This document shows positions 38,036 to 50,171 of a stretch of 64,000 nucleotides of DNA, piece after piece. The stretch's first letter is position 1. Each line of letters starts with the position of its first letter. The translations under genes were made by a program, and so were the position numbers. This stretch comes from an uncultured delta proteobacterium. Lineage in GTDB: Bacteria; Myxococcota_A; Polyangia; Palsa-1104. The stretch spans positions 672,001-736,000 of the forward strand of contig CAWAWS010000007.1 in NCBI GenBank assembly GCA_963785725.1, written 5' to 3'. The notes beneath the pieces were generated by a model that saw only the letters and a list, made by a program, of their open reading frames with translations, was not told where the DNA came from and searched no databases.

Positions 38036-38152
38036 GAACCTGCGCGAGCGGTCCGAGCGCAAGGCGGAGCGAGCACCGGAGCGGAGCAGCCTCTCGGGCT
38101 GTGAGCACCGGAGCACAGCGACAACGCTGCGATCGGACCGCTCGCGAAGGTT
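38036..38152. repeat. Palindromic REP/MITE-like element between convergent genes
   Basis: Perfect 14-bp inverted repeat CGCGAGCGGTCCGA (38043-38056) / TCGGACCGCTCGCG (38133-38146), extendable with AACCT/AGGTT; internal direct repeat GAGCACCGGAGC twice. Confidence 0.7.
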
Positions 38153-40200
38153 TAGCGCAGGAAGTAGCGGCGCATGAGCCGGCCTGCCAACAGCGCCAAG
38201 CCAATCGCCAAGAGCGCCGAGATGACGAGGCCCGCCTGTTCGCCTTCGAGCTGGCCGAGCAGCGTCGCCGGCACCACGACGACGGCCACGATCGCCAGCG
38301 CCGTCTCCAGCTGCGGCTGATGCCCGCCGCGCGCCATGCGCGCCAACAGCGCGCCGACCGTCAGGCAGCCGAGCGCCACCGTCGGAATGAGGCCGAGGCC
38401 GACGCGGAAGCTCAAGTCGGGATCGGCGCTCACCGGCCGATGCGTCAAGATCTGCCACACCAGATCGAGGTGGCCGGGGCCGCAGAACACCGCGCCCAAG
38501 ACGACGATGCCGACGGCGAGCGCCGCCGCGCCCAAGCCGACGAGCCGCCAGCGCACCGGCAGCCCGCCGCGCGAGCGCGCCGCCAAGCCGAGCACGAGCG
38601 CGATGACGAGGCACAGCCCGCCGAACCATTCGCCCAGTCGCGCGTAGAGCTTGAACGGCTGCATGACGGCGACCGGCTCCAGCAGCGTCAGCGCCGGCGC
38701 GATGTGCTCGTCATCGGGATCGAACGATGGGCCATGCTTGTACAGCTTGCCGGTCGCGTCGACGTAGGCGCTGACGCCGGTGTTGACGGCGCGCACCAGG
38801 TCGAGCCGCGACTCGACCGCGCGATAGACGGCCAGCGCCAAGTGCTCGTACGGCTCCGACGTCTTGCCGAACCAGGCGTCGTTGGTGATGTTGATGAGCA
38901 CGTTCGGGTCGCGCATCGTCAAGCGGCGGCCGAATGACGGGAAGATGTCCTCGTAGCAGATCATCGGGCCGATGCGCACCGTCGAGCCGTCGGGGCGCAC
39001 GAGCGGAAAGATGGCGACGTCGGTCCCGCGCGCGAAGTTCGACATCTCGGGGAAGCTCTTCAGGATCGGCAAGAGCTGCTCGTAATAGGGCACGTATTCG
39101 CCGAACACCATGAGGATGTTCTTGTCGAAGGTGCCGCGAATGTCGGACTTCTCGTCGAGCAGCAGCGCCGAGTTGTACGGATAGGGCGTCGACGCGCGGT
39201 TCTCGGCGATCGTCAGCGTGCCGAACAGGAGCGGCGTGTGGAAGCCGACCTTGACCTCGCGCGCGTCACCGACGGGCCAATCGTGGGTCTGCTCGCGGAA
39301 GAAGTGATACGGATAGGACGACTCGGGCCACAAGATGAGGTCGGCGCCGCGCTGCTCGAGCTCGCGGGCGAGCTGCTGATGAATCTGCAGCTGCTGGCGC
39401 GCCAATTGCGGCTGCCACTTCTCGTGAATGCCGATGTTGGCTTGCACGAGCCCGATATTGAGCTTTGGCGCCGCCGCGCGCGCCTTCGACACCTGATGAA
39501 TGCGCACGGCGCCGTAACCGAACGAGAACGACAAGACGGCGAGGGCCAGCGCCAGCCGACGCAGCGGCAGCGGCCGCTTCAGCCGGCGCGCCTGCCAGGC
39601 GTCGAAGATGGCGCCGTTCGACAGCACGAGGATGAACGAGACGCCGAGCGGGCCGGTCAAGTCGGCGATCTGAATGACCGGCCGCACCCACGCTTGCGTG
39701 ATCGCGAGGTACCACGGAAACACGAACGGTACGACGAGCTCGAGCGCGACATAGATGACCGGCGCGATGAAGGCCATTCCCGAATCGGGAAAACGATTAT
39801 TCAATTTGCGAATACAATATGCGAAAGCGGTGAAGGTAATCGCTTGATAGCTGACCAGTAAGAGGAAGATGGGGATGGCGGCGACGATCGGCAGGTGGCC
39901 GAAGCGTTGCAGGAAGCCGACGATCCAGTAGAAGCCGCCGCCGTTGGCGAAGAGGCCGCAGACGTAGCCGTAGAACGCCGGGCGCTTCGTCGTCGGATGC
40001 AGCGCGACGGCGATGAGCGGCACGAGGGCGAACCAGGTCAGCGGCCAGATGTCGAAGTCGGCGCAGCTGAGGAATAAGAGCGTGCCCGAGAGCACCGACA
40101 GCAGCGTCTTGACGAGGTGCTCGCGGGTGACGCGCGGCGTGCGGTCGGCTTTGCGACGCGCGCCCAAGTCGATGACGTCGGACTTCGACTTCTTGGCCAC
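38152..40200 (-). CDS. lnt: Apolipoprotein N-acyltransferase with extra C-terminal TM region
   Basis: VQANI, WPES (E), FDKNIL..FGEYVP (K), ICYE (C), NITNDAWFG, RAVNTGVS. Confidence 0.93.
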   Translation of the reverse strand: MAKKSKSDVIDLGARRKADRTPRVTREHLVKTLLSVLSGTLLFLSCADFDIWPLTWFALVPLIAVALHPTTKRPAFYGYVCGLFANGGGFYWIVGFLQRFGHLPIVAAIPIFLLLVSYQAITFTAFAYCIRKLNNRFPDSGMAFIAPVIYVALELVVPFVFPWYLAITQAWVRPVIQIADLTGPLGVSFILVLSNGAIFDAWQARRLKRPLPLRRLALALAVLSFSFGYGAVRIHQVSKARAAAPKLNIGLVQANIGIHEKWQPQLARQQLQIHQQLARELEQRGADLILWPESSYPYHFFREQTHDWPVGDAREVKVGFHTPLLFGTLTIAENRASTPYPYNSALLLDEKSDIRGTFDKNILMVFGEYVPYYEQLLPILKSFPEMSNFARGTDVAIFPLVRPDGSTVRIGPMICYEDIFPSFGRRLTMRDPNVLINITNDAWFGKTSEPYEHLALAVYRAVESRLDLVRAVNTGVSAYVDATGKLYKHGPSFDPDDEHIAPALTLLEPVAVMQPFKLYARLGEWFGGLCLVIALVLGLAARSRGGLPVRWRLVGLGAAALAVGIVVLGAVFCGPGHLDLVWQILTHRPVSADPDLSFRVGLGLIPTVALGCLTVGALLARMARGGHQPQLETALAIVAVVVVPATLLGQLEGEQAGLVISALLAIGLALLAGRLMRRYFLR

Positions 40201-40201
40201 G

Positions 40202-41131
40202 TTACGTCCGCGCGCGCACGTTGAGCGCGCCCGGCAAGAGCTCGAACGTCGCCGGCAAGCGGCCCGGCTGCTCGCCGTCGACGTCGAGCAGGACTTCGGC
40301 GCCGTTGGTCGCGCGCGCTTCGATCTTGCGCGCGCGAACGACCGAGACTTTGGGGTTCTGCAGGTGCTTGCCGGTGTAGACGTCGAGGCCGCGCAGGAGC
40401 ATGTCGCCGAAGTTGAAGTCGCCCAAGGTGACGACGTCGAAGTAGCCGTCGTCGAGCGCGGCGTCGGGCGCTATTTTCATGCCGCCCCCGAAGTAACGGC
40501 CGTTGGCGACGGCGACGTTGTAGATGCGTCCCTCTTTGGCGCTGCCGCCGTCGTAGCGGATTTCACAGCTGACGTTCTTGTAGCTGGCGCCCGCTTTCAA
40601 CGTCGCGATGGCGAACGAGAGCGTGCCGCCGAGCGCCTTCGACGACTGGTTGGCGTAGCGATCGACCAGGCCGCCGATGCCGAAGCTGGCGATGTTGATG
40701 AAGTGGCGGACCGCCTCGTTGCCGTCGTTGCCGACGTAGCACAGGCGGCCGACGTCGATGGCGCGGGCCGGTGACCGCAAGGCGGCGGCGGCGGCGGCGG
40801 TGTCGCGCGGCACCGACAGCGTCTTGATGAAGTCGCCGCCGGTTCCCGCGGGCAGGATGCCGAAGGCGGCGGCGGGGTTGATGGCCGCGTCGCCGTCGAA
40901 AAACCCGTTGACGACCTCGTTGATGGTGCCGTCACCGCCGACGGCGACGATGAGCTCGGCGCCGTCGCGCAAGGCCTCGCGCGTCACGCGGATGGCGTCG
41001 CCGTGGCCGCGCGTGAAGCGCTCTTCGAACGGGCCGTAGGCTTCGTGGATGATGGCGCGGAGCTGCGGCCAGCGACGCTCGGTCTTGCCGCCGGCGGACT
41101 GCGGATTGATCACGAGCACGGTTCCCGACAT
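40202..41131 (-). CDS. Diacylglycerol/lipid kinase family protein (YegS/DgkB-like)
   Basis: INPQSAGG, GGDGTINEVVNG, LPAGTGGDF, NGRYFGGG, VDGE. Confidence 0.92.
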   Translation of the reverse strand: MSGTVLVINPQSAGGKTERRWPQLRAIIHEAYGPFEERFTRGHGDAIRVTREALRDGAELIVAVGGDGTINEVVNGFFDGDAAINPAAAFGILPAGTGGDFIKTLSVPRDTAAAAAALRSPARAIDVGRLCYVGNDGNEAVRHFINIASFGIGGLVDRYANQSSKALGGTLSFAIATLKAGASYKNVSCEIRYDGGSAKEGRIYNVAVANGRYFGGGMKIAPDAALDDGYFDVVTLGDFNFGDMLLRGLDVYTGKHLQNPKVSVVRARKIEARATNGAEVLLDVDGEQPGRLPATFELLPGALNVRART

Positions 41132-41171
41132 GCCGCGCACGATATCACGCGACGGCCAGCCACGACGACGG

Positions 41172-42251
41172 CTACGGTGACTCGGTGACGGCTTGGGCGA
41201 GGACTTCGATGAGGTCGAGCGCCTGCACGCCGTCGCGGTTGAGACGGCGGGTGCAGGTCGGGCAGGAAGAGACGACGGTGGAGGCGCCGGCCTGTTTGAC
41301 CTCGGTCAAGCGCGCCTGTGCGATGGCGTCGGCCGTCTCCGGCATCGTCGCCGGCAACAGGCCGCCGCCGCCCGAGCATTCGGACTCGTGGCGCGACCGC
41401 GAGAACTCGCGCACGTCGTCCATCGTCTTGCGCAGGAGGCGCCGCGGCGGCTCGTAGACGCCCATCCAGCGGCCGAGGTGACAGGGGTCGTGATAGAACG
41501 TCGGCTCCCGTCGCTGCTTGACCGGCAGGCGCTCGACGAAGCTCTCCAGGAACTCGCTCGAATGCTCGACGCGCGGCTTCAACGGCACGCCGAAGGCGCG
41601 ATATTGCGTCTTCATCGCCCACGCGCAGGCCGGGCAGTGCACGACGACGCGCGCGTAACCTTCGAGCTGCTTGGCCATGCGCTCGGCGTGCAGGCGAAAC
41701 GCGTCGTGCAGACCGCCGGCGAAGAGCGGATAGCCGCCGCAGCCGTGGTCGCCCGCGGTCACGCCCACGTAGTCGGCGCCGATGCGATCGCACAGCTGCA
41801 GCATCGTCGTCGCCAGCTCCGGCTTCTCGCAGCCGGGAAAGAAGGCCACTTGCGCTTCGGTCGGCCGCTTGTGCGCGGGCACGAGCGCGCGCGTCTTCGC
41901 CGCCGCCGCCACCGACTTCGCCTGCATGCGCGGCAAGAGCTGGCGCAGCGCCGGATGGCCGCGTCCGTCGCGCTCGGCCTCGGCGCGACCTTGCATGAGC
42001 GCGATGCCGGGCTCGACTTTGTGTTGGCAGGCGTCGGTGCAGGCGCCGCAGCCGCTGCAGCCGTAGAGCGGCGTGGTTTGCTCGATCGTGGCCGGCAGCT
42101 CGCCCAGCTGCAACGAGCGCATCGTCGCCATCTTGTCGCGCGGCGTCAGCGATTCGTTGGCCGTCGCGTTCGACACCGGGCAGGTATGGCGGCACAGCTT
42201 CGGGCAATACGTGCAGTACGACAGCGACGTCTGCAGATCGGGCGGCGACAT
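41172..42251 (-). CDS. (Fe-S)-binding CCG-domain protein (GlpC/GlcF/HdrD-like)
   Basis: CxxCxxxCxxxCP, CxxCxxCxxxC, FFPGC, YHDPCHLGR, CSGGGG, SCPTC. Confidence 0.88.
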   Translation of the reverse strand: MSPPDLQTSLSYCTYCPKLCRHTCPVSNATANESLTPRDKMATMRSLQLGELPATIEQTTPLYGCSGCGACTDACQHKVEPGIALMQGRAEAERDGRGHPALRQLLPRMQAKSVAAAAKTRALVPAHKRPTEAQVAFFPGCEKPELATTMLQLCDRIGADYVGVTAGDHGCGGYPLFAGGLHDAFRLHAERMAKQLEGYARVVVHCPACAWAMKTQYRAFGVPLKPRVEHSSEFLESFVERLPVKQRREPTFYHDPCHLGRWMGVYEPPRRLLRKTMDDVREFSRSRHESECSGGGGLLPATMPETADAIAQARLTEVKQAGASTVVSSCPTCTRRLNRDGVQALDLIEVLAQAVTESP

Positions 42252-42254
42252 GTC

Positions 42255-43289
42255 TTAGGCTCCGGGCCAGGCGGCGAAGCGGCGATCGGGATCGAGCCGC
42301 CGTTTGAGCGCGTTCCACAACGCGTGCGGCGCCGCCGGCGGCTGCGCCGGGCGCTCGACGTCGACGACACAGGCGCCGCCGACGTGCCAGCCGACGACGC
42401 GCACGGCGTCGCCGACGAGCGCGCCCGCCGGCACTTCGGAGTCGATCGTCTCCAGCGCCACCGCGCGTTCGTACGGCGGCTTTTGCGCGCGCGGCGGCGG
42501 CGCGAACGACACCGTCGCGCCGTCGTGGGCGCGCACGATCGACTCCGCCAGCGCGCGCTCGGCCTGCACCAGCGGCTCGGGCCCGTCGACCTGCAGCGAC
42601 AAGATGCCGGTCGCCAGCACCGTCAGCTCCGCCGGACGACCGCCGCGCACGATGAGCTCACGCGCCGCCAGCAGCGCCGCCTTCAGCGACGGCAAGCGGA
42701 ACGACGTCTCGAGCTGCGTCTCCTGCCGCCGCTGCACGCGAATCGTCGCCGACGTGATGAGGCCGAGCGTGCCGCGGGCGCCGATGATGGCGTGCATCAA
42801 GTCGGGCCCGGTCGCTTTGCGCGGCGCCAGGCGCGTCGTGATTTCGGTGCCGTCGGGCAAGATGGCGGCGATGCCGGCGCATTGGTTGACGAAGCGGCCG
42901 TGGCGCGGCGACGCCTCCGACGCGCGTGGCGCCGCCAACAGCGCGCCCAGCGTGCGCTCGCGCGACCACGGCGGCAGCGGGCCCAGCGTCATGCCGCGCT
43001 CGGCGAGCAGCCGCTCGAGCGCGTCGACGGTCACGCCCGCCTGCGCCGACACCAACAGCGACGTCTCGTCGACGTGCAAGACGTTGTGCATGCGCGACAG
43101 GTCGAGCGTCACCGACTCCGCCGCCGGCACGACGACGCCGACGAGCGCACCCACTTCGGCCGCGATGCGCACGACGTCGACGATCTCGGCCGGCGCGCCC
43201 GGCTTGACGACGACGCGCCCGCCGTCGCTGGCGACGTTCGCCGCGCCGACCGCGTGCGCCAGTCGATCGGACCAAAAGGGCGTGTTCAT
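42255..43289 (-). CDS. FAD-binding oxidoreductase subunit (GlcE-like, degenerate)
   Basis: LDLSRM, AQAGV, APRKATGPDL..IGARGTLGLIT; ATGA coupling. Confidence 0.8.
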   Translation of the reverse strand: MNTPFWSDRLAHAVGAANVASDGGRVVVKPGAPAEIVDVVRIAAEVGALVGVVVPAAESVTLDLSRMHNVLHVDETSLLVSAQAGVTVDALERLLAERGMTLGPLPPWSRERTLGALLAAPRASEASPRHGRFVNQCAGIAAILPDGTEITTRLAPRKATGPDLMHAIIGARGTLGLITSATIRVQRRQETQLETSFRLPSLKAALLAARELIVRGGRPAELTVLATGILSLQVDGPEPLVQAERALAESIVRAHDGATVSFAPPPRAQKPPYERAVALETIDSEVPAGALVGDAVRVVGWHVGGACVVDVERPAQPPAAPHALWNALKRRLDPDRRFAAWPGA

Positions 43290-44884
43290 AGCCCCATCTT
43301 CCCCGGGTTCATGATGCCGCCGGGATCGAGCACGTCTTTGAGCGCGTGATAGATGCTCATCGCCTGCCCGTGCTCGTCGGGCATGAACGGCGCCTTCGAC
43401 AAGCCGACGCCGTGATGGTGCGAGATGGTCGCGCCCACGCGCGTCACCGCCGACAAGCCGGCGCGCCAGATGTCGTCGTACTTCTTGGCGGCGTCCGACG
43501 GTGAATGGCCGCGCGCGGCGAACGTGAAGTAGATCGAGCAGCCGTCGGCGTAGGCGTGGGAAAAATGCGCCATGATGAAGGCCAAGGGGCCGACGGCCTC
43601 GCGCACCGCGCGGTAGAGCTCGAGCAGCTTGTCCCAGCTCGTGGCCACTTCCATGGTGTCGACGAAGGCGCCGGCGTCGAACACCTTGGACATGCGGAAG
43701 CTGACGGAGTAGCGATGGTCGAGCCAGCGCTGGCCGGGACCTTCGCCCAAGTCGCGGCCGCCGGCGCGCGTCAGCTCGGCCGTCGCCGCCCGCGCTTCGG
43801 CCTCGGTCAGGCCACGATCGCCCTCGAAGCCGACGATGAGCAAGCAGCCGTTCTGCGCATACGGCAACAGCTTCGCGGCAAACTTGTTGATCAGCTCGGG
43901 ACGCGTCAGCGCCGCCGCCATCGCGCGCTTCTTCCACTCGGCGATGACGCCTTTGCCCGACGGCCTGAGCAACGACAGCCAATTTTCCATCGCTGCTTCG
44001 GGCGCCGCTTCCGGATCGGCCTGTGGCGCGTCGCCGTGATCTTTTTCGCCGCGATGCAGGAACGAGTCGAGCTCGTCGTAGAGCCGCACGCACGCCGGCC
44101 GCAAGTTCCGCTGCAGGAGCCGCCGAATCGCCTCGCAGCCGGCGGCGACGCGCGGAAACGCCCAGCCGCGATAGTGCCGCGTCTCCGGCAGCGGCCGCAC
44201 CGTCACCGTCGCGCGCGTGATGATGCCGAGCGTGCCTTCGGAGCCGACGAGCCACTGCGCGATGTCGGGCGTGGCGCCGGCGGCGACGTCGTGCACCTCG
44301 CCGCGGCCGTCGACGAACGTCAGCCGCCGCACCATGTCCTCGATCTTGCCGTACTTCGTCGAGAACTGACCGGCCGAGCGCGCCGCCAGCCAGCCGCCGA
44401 ACGTCGAGCACATGATCGACGACGGGAAGTGGCCGAGCGTCAACCCGCGGCGATTGAGCTCGTGCTCGAGGTGCTCGCCCAAGATGCCCGCTTCCACCGT
44501 CGCCGCGCCCGCTTTGACGTCGACGTCGACAATCGCGCGCATGCGCTTCAGATCGACGACGAGGCCGCCGTGAATCGGCAGCGTGCCGCCGCAGACGCCG
44601 GAGCCGGCGCCGAACGGCACGATCGGCGTCGCCGTGCGCGCCGCCGCTTTGATGATGGTGACGACTTCGTCCGTGGTCGTCGGCCACACGACGGCGTCGG
44701 GCGGATGCACGGCGGGATTGCCGCCGGTGGCGACGATGAGCCCGCGCGGCCAGAGGTCACGCGCGTAGGCGACGCAATCGGGCGGCGTCGTGGAGACGCG
44801 GCCGGGCAGGGCGCGCGTCAGCTCTGCGACGAGCTCGACAGTGCGCGCGGCGACGGGCGGCATGGCTGGCAGAGTATCACTCAT
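43286..44884 (-). CDS. FAD-linked oxidase, alkyl-dihydroxyacetone-phosphate synthase-like
   Basis: PFGAGSGVCGG, TLGHFPSS..ST.GGW.A.RS.GQ.S..YG.IEDMV, GSEGTLGIIT, HFSH.Y, ISHHHGVG, DP..IMNPGK. Confidence 0.88.
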   Translation of the reverse strand: MSDTLPAMPPVAARTVELVAELTRALPGRVSTTPPDCVAYARDLWPRGLIVATGGNPAVHPPDAVVWPTTTDEVVTIIKAAARTATPIVPFGAGSGVCGGTLPIHGGLVVDLKRMRAIVDVDVKAGAATVEAGILGEHLEHELNRRGLTLGHFPSSIMCSTFGGWLAARSAGQFSTKYGKIEDMVRRLTFVDGRGEVHDVAAGATPDIAQWLVGSEGTLGIITRATVTVRPLPETRHYRGWAFPRVAAGCEAIRRLLQRNLRPACVRLYDELDSFLHRGEKDHGDAPQADPEAAPEAAMENWLSLLRPSGKGVIAEWKKRAMAAALTRPELINKFAAKLLPYAQNGCLLIVGFEGDRGLTEAEARAATAELTRAGGRDLGEGPGQRWLDHRYSVSFRMSKVFDAGAFVDTMEVATSWDKLLELYRAVREAVGPLAFIMAHFSHAYADGCSIYFTFAARGHSPSDAAKKYDDIWRAGLSAVTRVGATISHHHGVGLSKAPFMPDEHGQAMSIYHALKDVLDPGGIMNPGKMGL

Positions 44885-44962
44885 GGCTGCGCCATGAGCA
44901 GACCATCGATTGGCTGGCCCTCCGGGCCGGACGCTCACGCTCGCTCGCTCTGCGCGCTCGCT

Positions 44963-46610
44963 TCAGCGACGGAACATGCGGGTCCGCGCGACGACGCCGC
45001 GATAGTGCTCGACCTCGGCCTTGACGCGCGCCTCGTCCCAGCCGAGCTTGGGCGCCATGCGCTTGGCCACGCGTTCGGCGCAGCCGAGCCCTTGATCGCG
45101 GCCGCGCAGGATGAGCTGCACGCGCCGGCCGAGCACGTCCTCGACCGACAGCGCCTGCTCCTCGTCGACGGCCACGTCTACTTGCGCCTCGATATAGGGC
45201 AGCTCGGGATCGAGCCGGCGACCGGCGGACACGTCCGCTTTGACGCGCGCCACGACCGACGGCGCCCGCGCGCCATACGTCGACGCCAGCTGCTTGGCCA
45301 CCGCGCCGTCGACGCTGCCTTCGGCCGCGATGTCGTCCTGCAGCTTGGTGACGCCCGCGTAACCCGCTTCGTACACGGCGCCGGCCGCGCCCGGCAGCGG
45401 CCGATCGGCGGTGCGCGCAGGGCGCGATCTCGCCGAGCTGCTTGCCCGCGTGCTCGACGACTTCCGCGGCCATGCGGCGATAGGTCGTCAGCTTGCCGCC
45501 GGCGATGGTCACGAGGCCCGGCCGCTCGACGATGCTGTGCTCGCGCGACACATCCGACGCCGTCTCGGTGTCGCTGTCGGGCTTCAAGAGCGGCCGCAAG
45601 CCGGCCCACGTCGCCAACACGTCTTCGGATTTTAGTTTCGCTTCCGGGAAATAGTTGTTCGCCAGCGCAAGTAAGTAGTCGACGTCGTCCTGATCGGTGT
45701 GCACGTCTTCGGGCTTGCCGTCGTAGAACGTGTCGGTGGTGCCGATGACCGTGCGATCGCCGCCCCACGGAATGCAAAAGACGATGCGCTTCTTCTGCTT
45801 CATCACGACGGCGTGGCGCGGGTTGAGCCGCGCGGCGTCGACGACGAGGTGCACGCCTTTGGACGTGTGCAGGATGCCGGCGTCGCCGGCGAGCGCGCGG
45901 ATCTCGTCGCACCACGGCCCGGTGGCGTTGATGGTGACGCGCGCGCGGATCGGCAAGGTCGCGCCTTCGCCTTCGACGGCTTGCACCTCGGCGCCGGCGA
46001 TGCGGTCGCCGTCCTTGATGAGCTTGACCGCGCGCGTGTAGTTGACGATGGCCGCGCCCAGCGCCCGCGCGTCGAGGACGTTCTCCATCGTCAGCCGCGC
46101 GTCGTCGGTGGCGCAGTCGTAGTAGAGCAGGCCGCCTTCGAGCGCGTCGAGCTTGAGGCCGGGCTCGAGCTTCGCCAGCGGCCCGGCGCGCACCGTGCGA
46201 TGCAGCTTCGGCGACGAGAACTTCGACATGCCGTCGTAGATCCACAAGCCGACGTCGAGCACGAACAGGCCCGGCTTGTCGGCTTTGTAGACCGGCAGCA
46301 GGAACTCGAGCGGACGCACCAGATGCGGCGCCACCTTCATGAGCAGCGCGCGCTCGTTGGTGCCTTCGAACACGAGCCGAAACTGCGCGTGCTCCAGGTA
46401 GCGAAAGCCGCCATGCACCAGCTTCGACGACTTCGACGACGTGCCCGACGCGAAGTCGCTCTTCTCGACGAGCGCCACCTTCAAGCCGCGCAGCGCCGCG
46501 TCGCGCGCGATGCCCACGCCGGTGATGCCGCCGCCGATGACCAGCACGTCGAACTGCTCGGACGAGAGTCGCCCCAGCGTCGCCGCGCGCGCTTGCAGTG
46601 CCGAAGTCAT
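44963..46610 (-). CDS. glpD: FAD-dependent glycerol-3-phosphate dehydrogenase; frameshift near 45400-45430
   Basis: IGGGITG..ARDAALRGL, GTSSKSSKLVHGG.RYLE, DDARL, NATGPW, WAGLRPL, GGKLTTYR; C-terminal domain continues in another frame. Confidence 0.9.
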
Positions 46611-46619
46611 GATGAACGC

Positions 46620-48435
<1,816 letters not shown>

Positions 48436-48568
48436 TTGAGGAGCGTGCGAGTCGGCGCCTGAAGACATGGGGCGCAATATAACGCAGCCCGTTAGGCAAT
48501 CAACGCGCTCTTCTAATAGGTACGCTAGCGTTGACGTTCGTGAGGCAAAGATTGTACGCTGGCACGGC

Positions 48569-49540
48569 ATGCGGATTGTCCCGGCGACTTGCCCGATGTG
48601 TGGCGGTGAATACGACCCGCTGCGTGCCCGGGCGACCCTCGTCGTCGACGGTAAAGTGCGCGCGTACTGCTCGGCGGCGTGCAAGGAAAAGGCGTCGCGT
48701 CCGCCTCCGGACTTGCCGATCGGCGAGGTCGACGAAGCCCCCGAAGAGCCGCATCACATTCCGTCGCTTTTCAAGCGCCTGTCGTGGCGTGGCACGGCCG
48801 GGCTCGCCGCCGTCGGGCTCATCGTGCTCGCCTGCGGCGGCAAGCTGATCGGCTCGGCGCCGCCGGCGCTGGCGTCGATCGCGCCCGCCGTCAAGCTGCC
48901 GCCGCCCAAGCCCGTGCCGACGGTGGACGACGCGATGGCGATGCTCGCGTCCGCGCCCACGCCCACCGAGCGCGATCTCTGGTTCCATCCGCTGCCGGGG
49001 CCGAAGCGCATGCTGCCCGAGCGCGACACCCGCCGCTTTGGCGCCGCGCGTGAAGGCATGCGCCCCGAAGAGTGCGCCGGTGGCCACTGCGGCGTCGACA
49101 TCGGCACCGTCGAGGGCATGATCGTGTTGGCGGCGCACGACGGCGTCGTCGAGCGGGTCGAGCGCGACGCCGAGGTCGGCGGCCGTCGCGGCAACGAAGG
49201 TCGCTTCGTGCGCATCAACCACAAGGGCGGCACCGTCGTCACCAGCTACATCCACTTGGAAGCGATCCGCGAGGATCTGAAGCCGGGCATCCCGGTCAAA
49301 GCCGGCGAAGCCATCGCCACCGTCGGCGCGACCGGCGTGCAGCACTCGGGCCCGCACCTGCACTTCGCCGTCAGCGTGCGGCCGAGCGCCGACGGTCCCG
49401 AGCTGTACATCGATCCCGAGCCGCTGTTGCATCTGTGGCCGCTGGCGCCGCGGCCGGCGGCGACGCTGCACGCCATGTCGTCGGCCTCGCCCAAGCATCC
49501 CAAGACCGCGCAGATCGACGACGCCGGCTCCGATCTCTAG
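48569..49540 (+). CDS. M23 metallopeptidase with N-terminal CxxC..YCSxxC (YHS/TRASH-like) motif and TM
   Basis: HCGVD, YIHL, SGPHLHF. Confidence 0.85.
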   Translation: MRIVPATCPMCGGEYDPLRARATLVVDGKVRAYCSAACKEKASRPPPDLPIGEVDEAPEEPHHIPSLFKRLSWRGTAGLAAVGLIVLACGGKLIGSAPPALASIAPAVKLPPPKPVPTVDDAMAMLASAPTPTERDLWFHPLPGPKRMLPERDTRRFGAAREGMRPEECAGGHCGVDIGTVEGMIVLAAHDGVVERVERDAEVGGRRGNEGRFVRINHKGGTVVTSYIHLEAIREDLKPGIPVKAGEAIATVGATGVQHSGPHLHFAVSVRPSADGPELYIDPEPLLHLWPLAPRPAATLHAMSSASPKHPKTAQIDDAGSDL

Positions 49541-49613
49541 TATCTAAGTATCCAGTATCTGTCGGCTTTGTGGATTCTACTGAAAACCGGCCGGTGATGG
49601 TTACTATACAGCC

Positions 49614-50171
49614 ATGACGAAGGGGTTCGCGTTGTGGCTCACGGGCATGTCGGGCGCGGGCAAGTCGACGCTCTCGCAGCCCGTCGCCGCGCGCTTGAAG
49701 GAGCTCGGCCATCGCGTCGAATTGCTCGACGGCGACGTCGTGCGCACCAACTTGTCGGCCGGCCTCACGTTCAGCAAAGAAGATCGCGACATCAACGTGC
49801 GGCGCATCGGCTTCGTCGCCAACTTGCTGGCGCGCAACGGCGTCGTCGCCATCACCGCCGCCATCTCGCCCTATCGCAGTGTGCGCGACGAGGTGCGCGC
49901 GCTCGTCACCGGCGACGGCTCCGGCTTCGTCGAGGTGTTCGTCACCGCGCCCGTCGAAGTGCTCGCCAAGCGCGACGTCAAAGGGCTGTACAAGAAGGCG
50001 CTGGCCGGCGAAATCGGCAGCTTCACCGGCGTCAGCGATCCCTACGAGCCGCCGCTGGCGCCCGAGGTCGTGGTCGATTCGTCGTCGGAGACGGTGGAAG
50101 CGGGCGTGGAAAAGGTGCTGGCCAAGCTGCGCGAGCTCGGCTACGTGAGCGCCGGCAGCGTCGCCGCATGA
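49614..50171 (+). CDS. cysC: Adenylyl-sulfate kinase
   Basis: [41 protein letters not shown]. Confidence 0.96.
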   Translation: MTKGFALWLTGMSGAGKSTLSQPVAARLKELGHRVELLDGDVVRTNLSAGLTFSKEDRDINVRRIGFVANLLARNGVVAITAAISPYRSVRDEVRALVTGDGSGFVEVFVTAPVEVLAKRDVKGLYKKALAGEIGSFTGVSDPYEPPLAPEVVVDSSSETVEAGVEKVLAKLRELGYVSAGSVAA

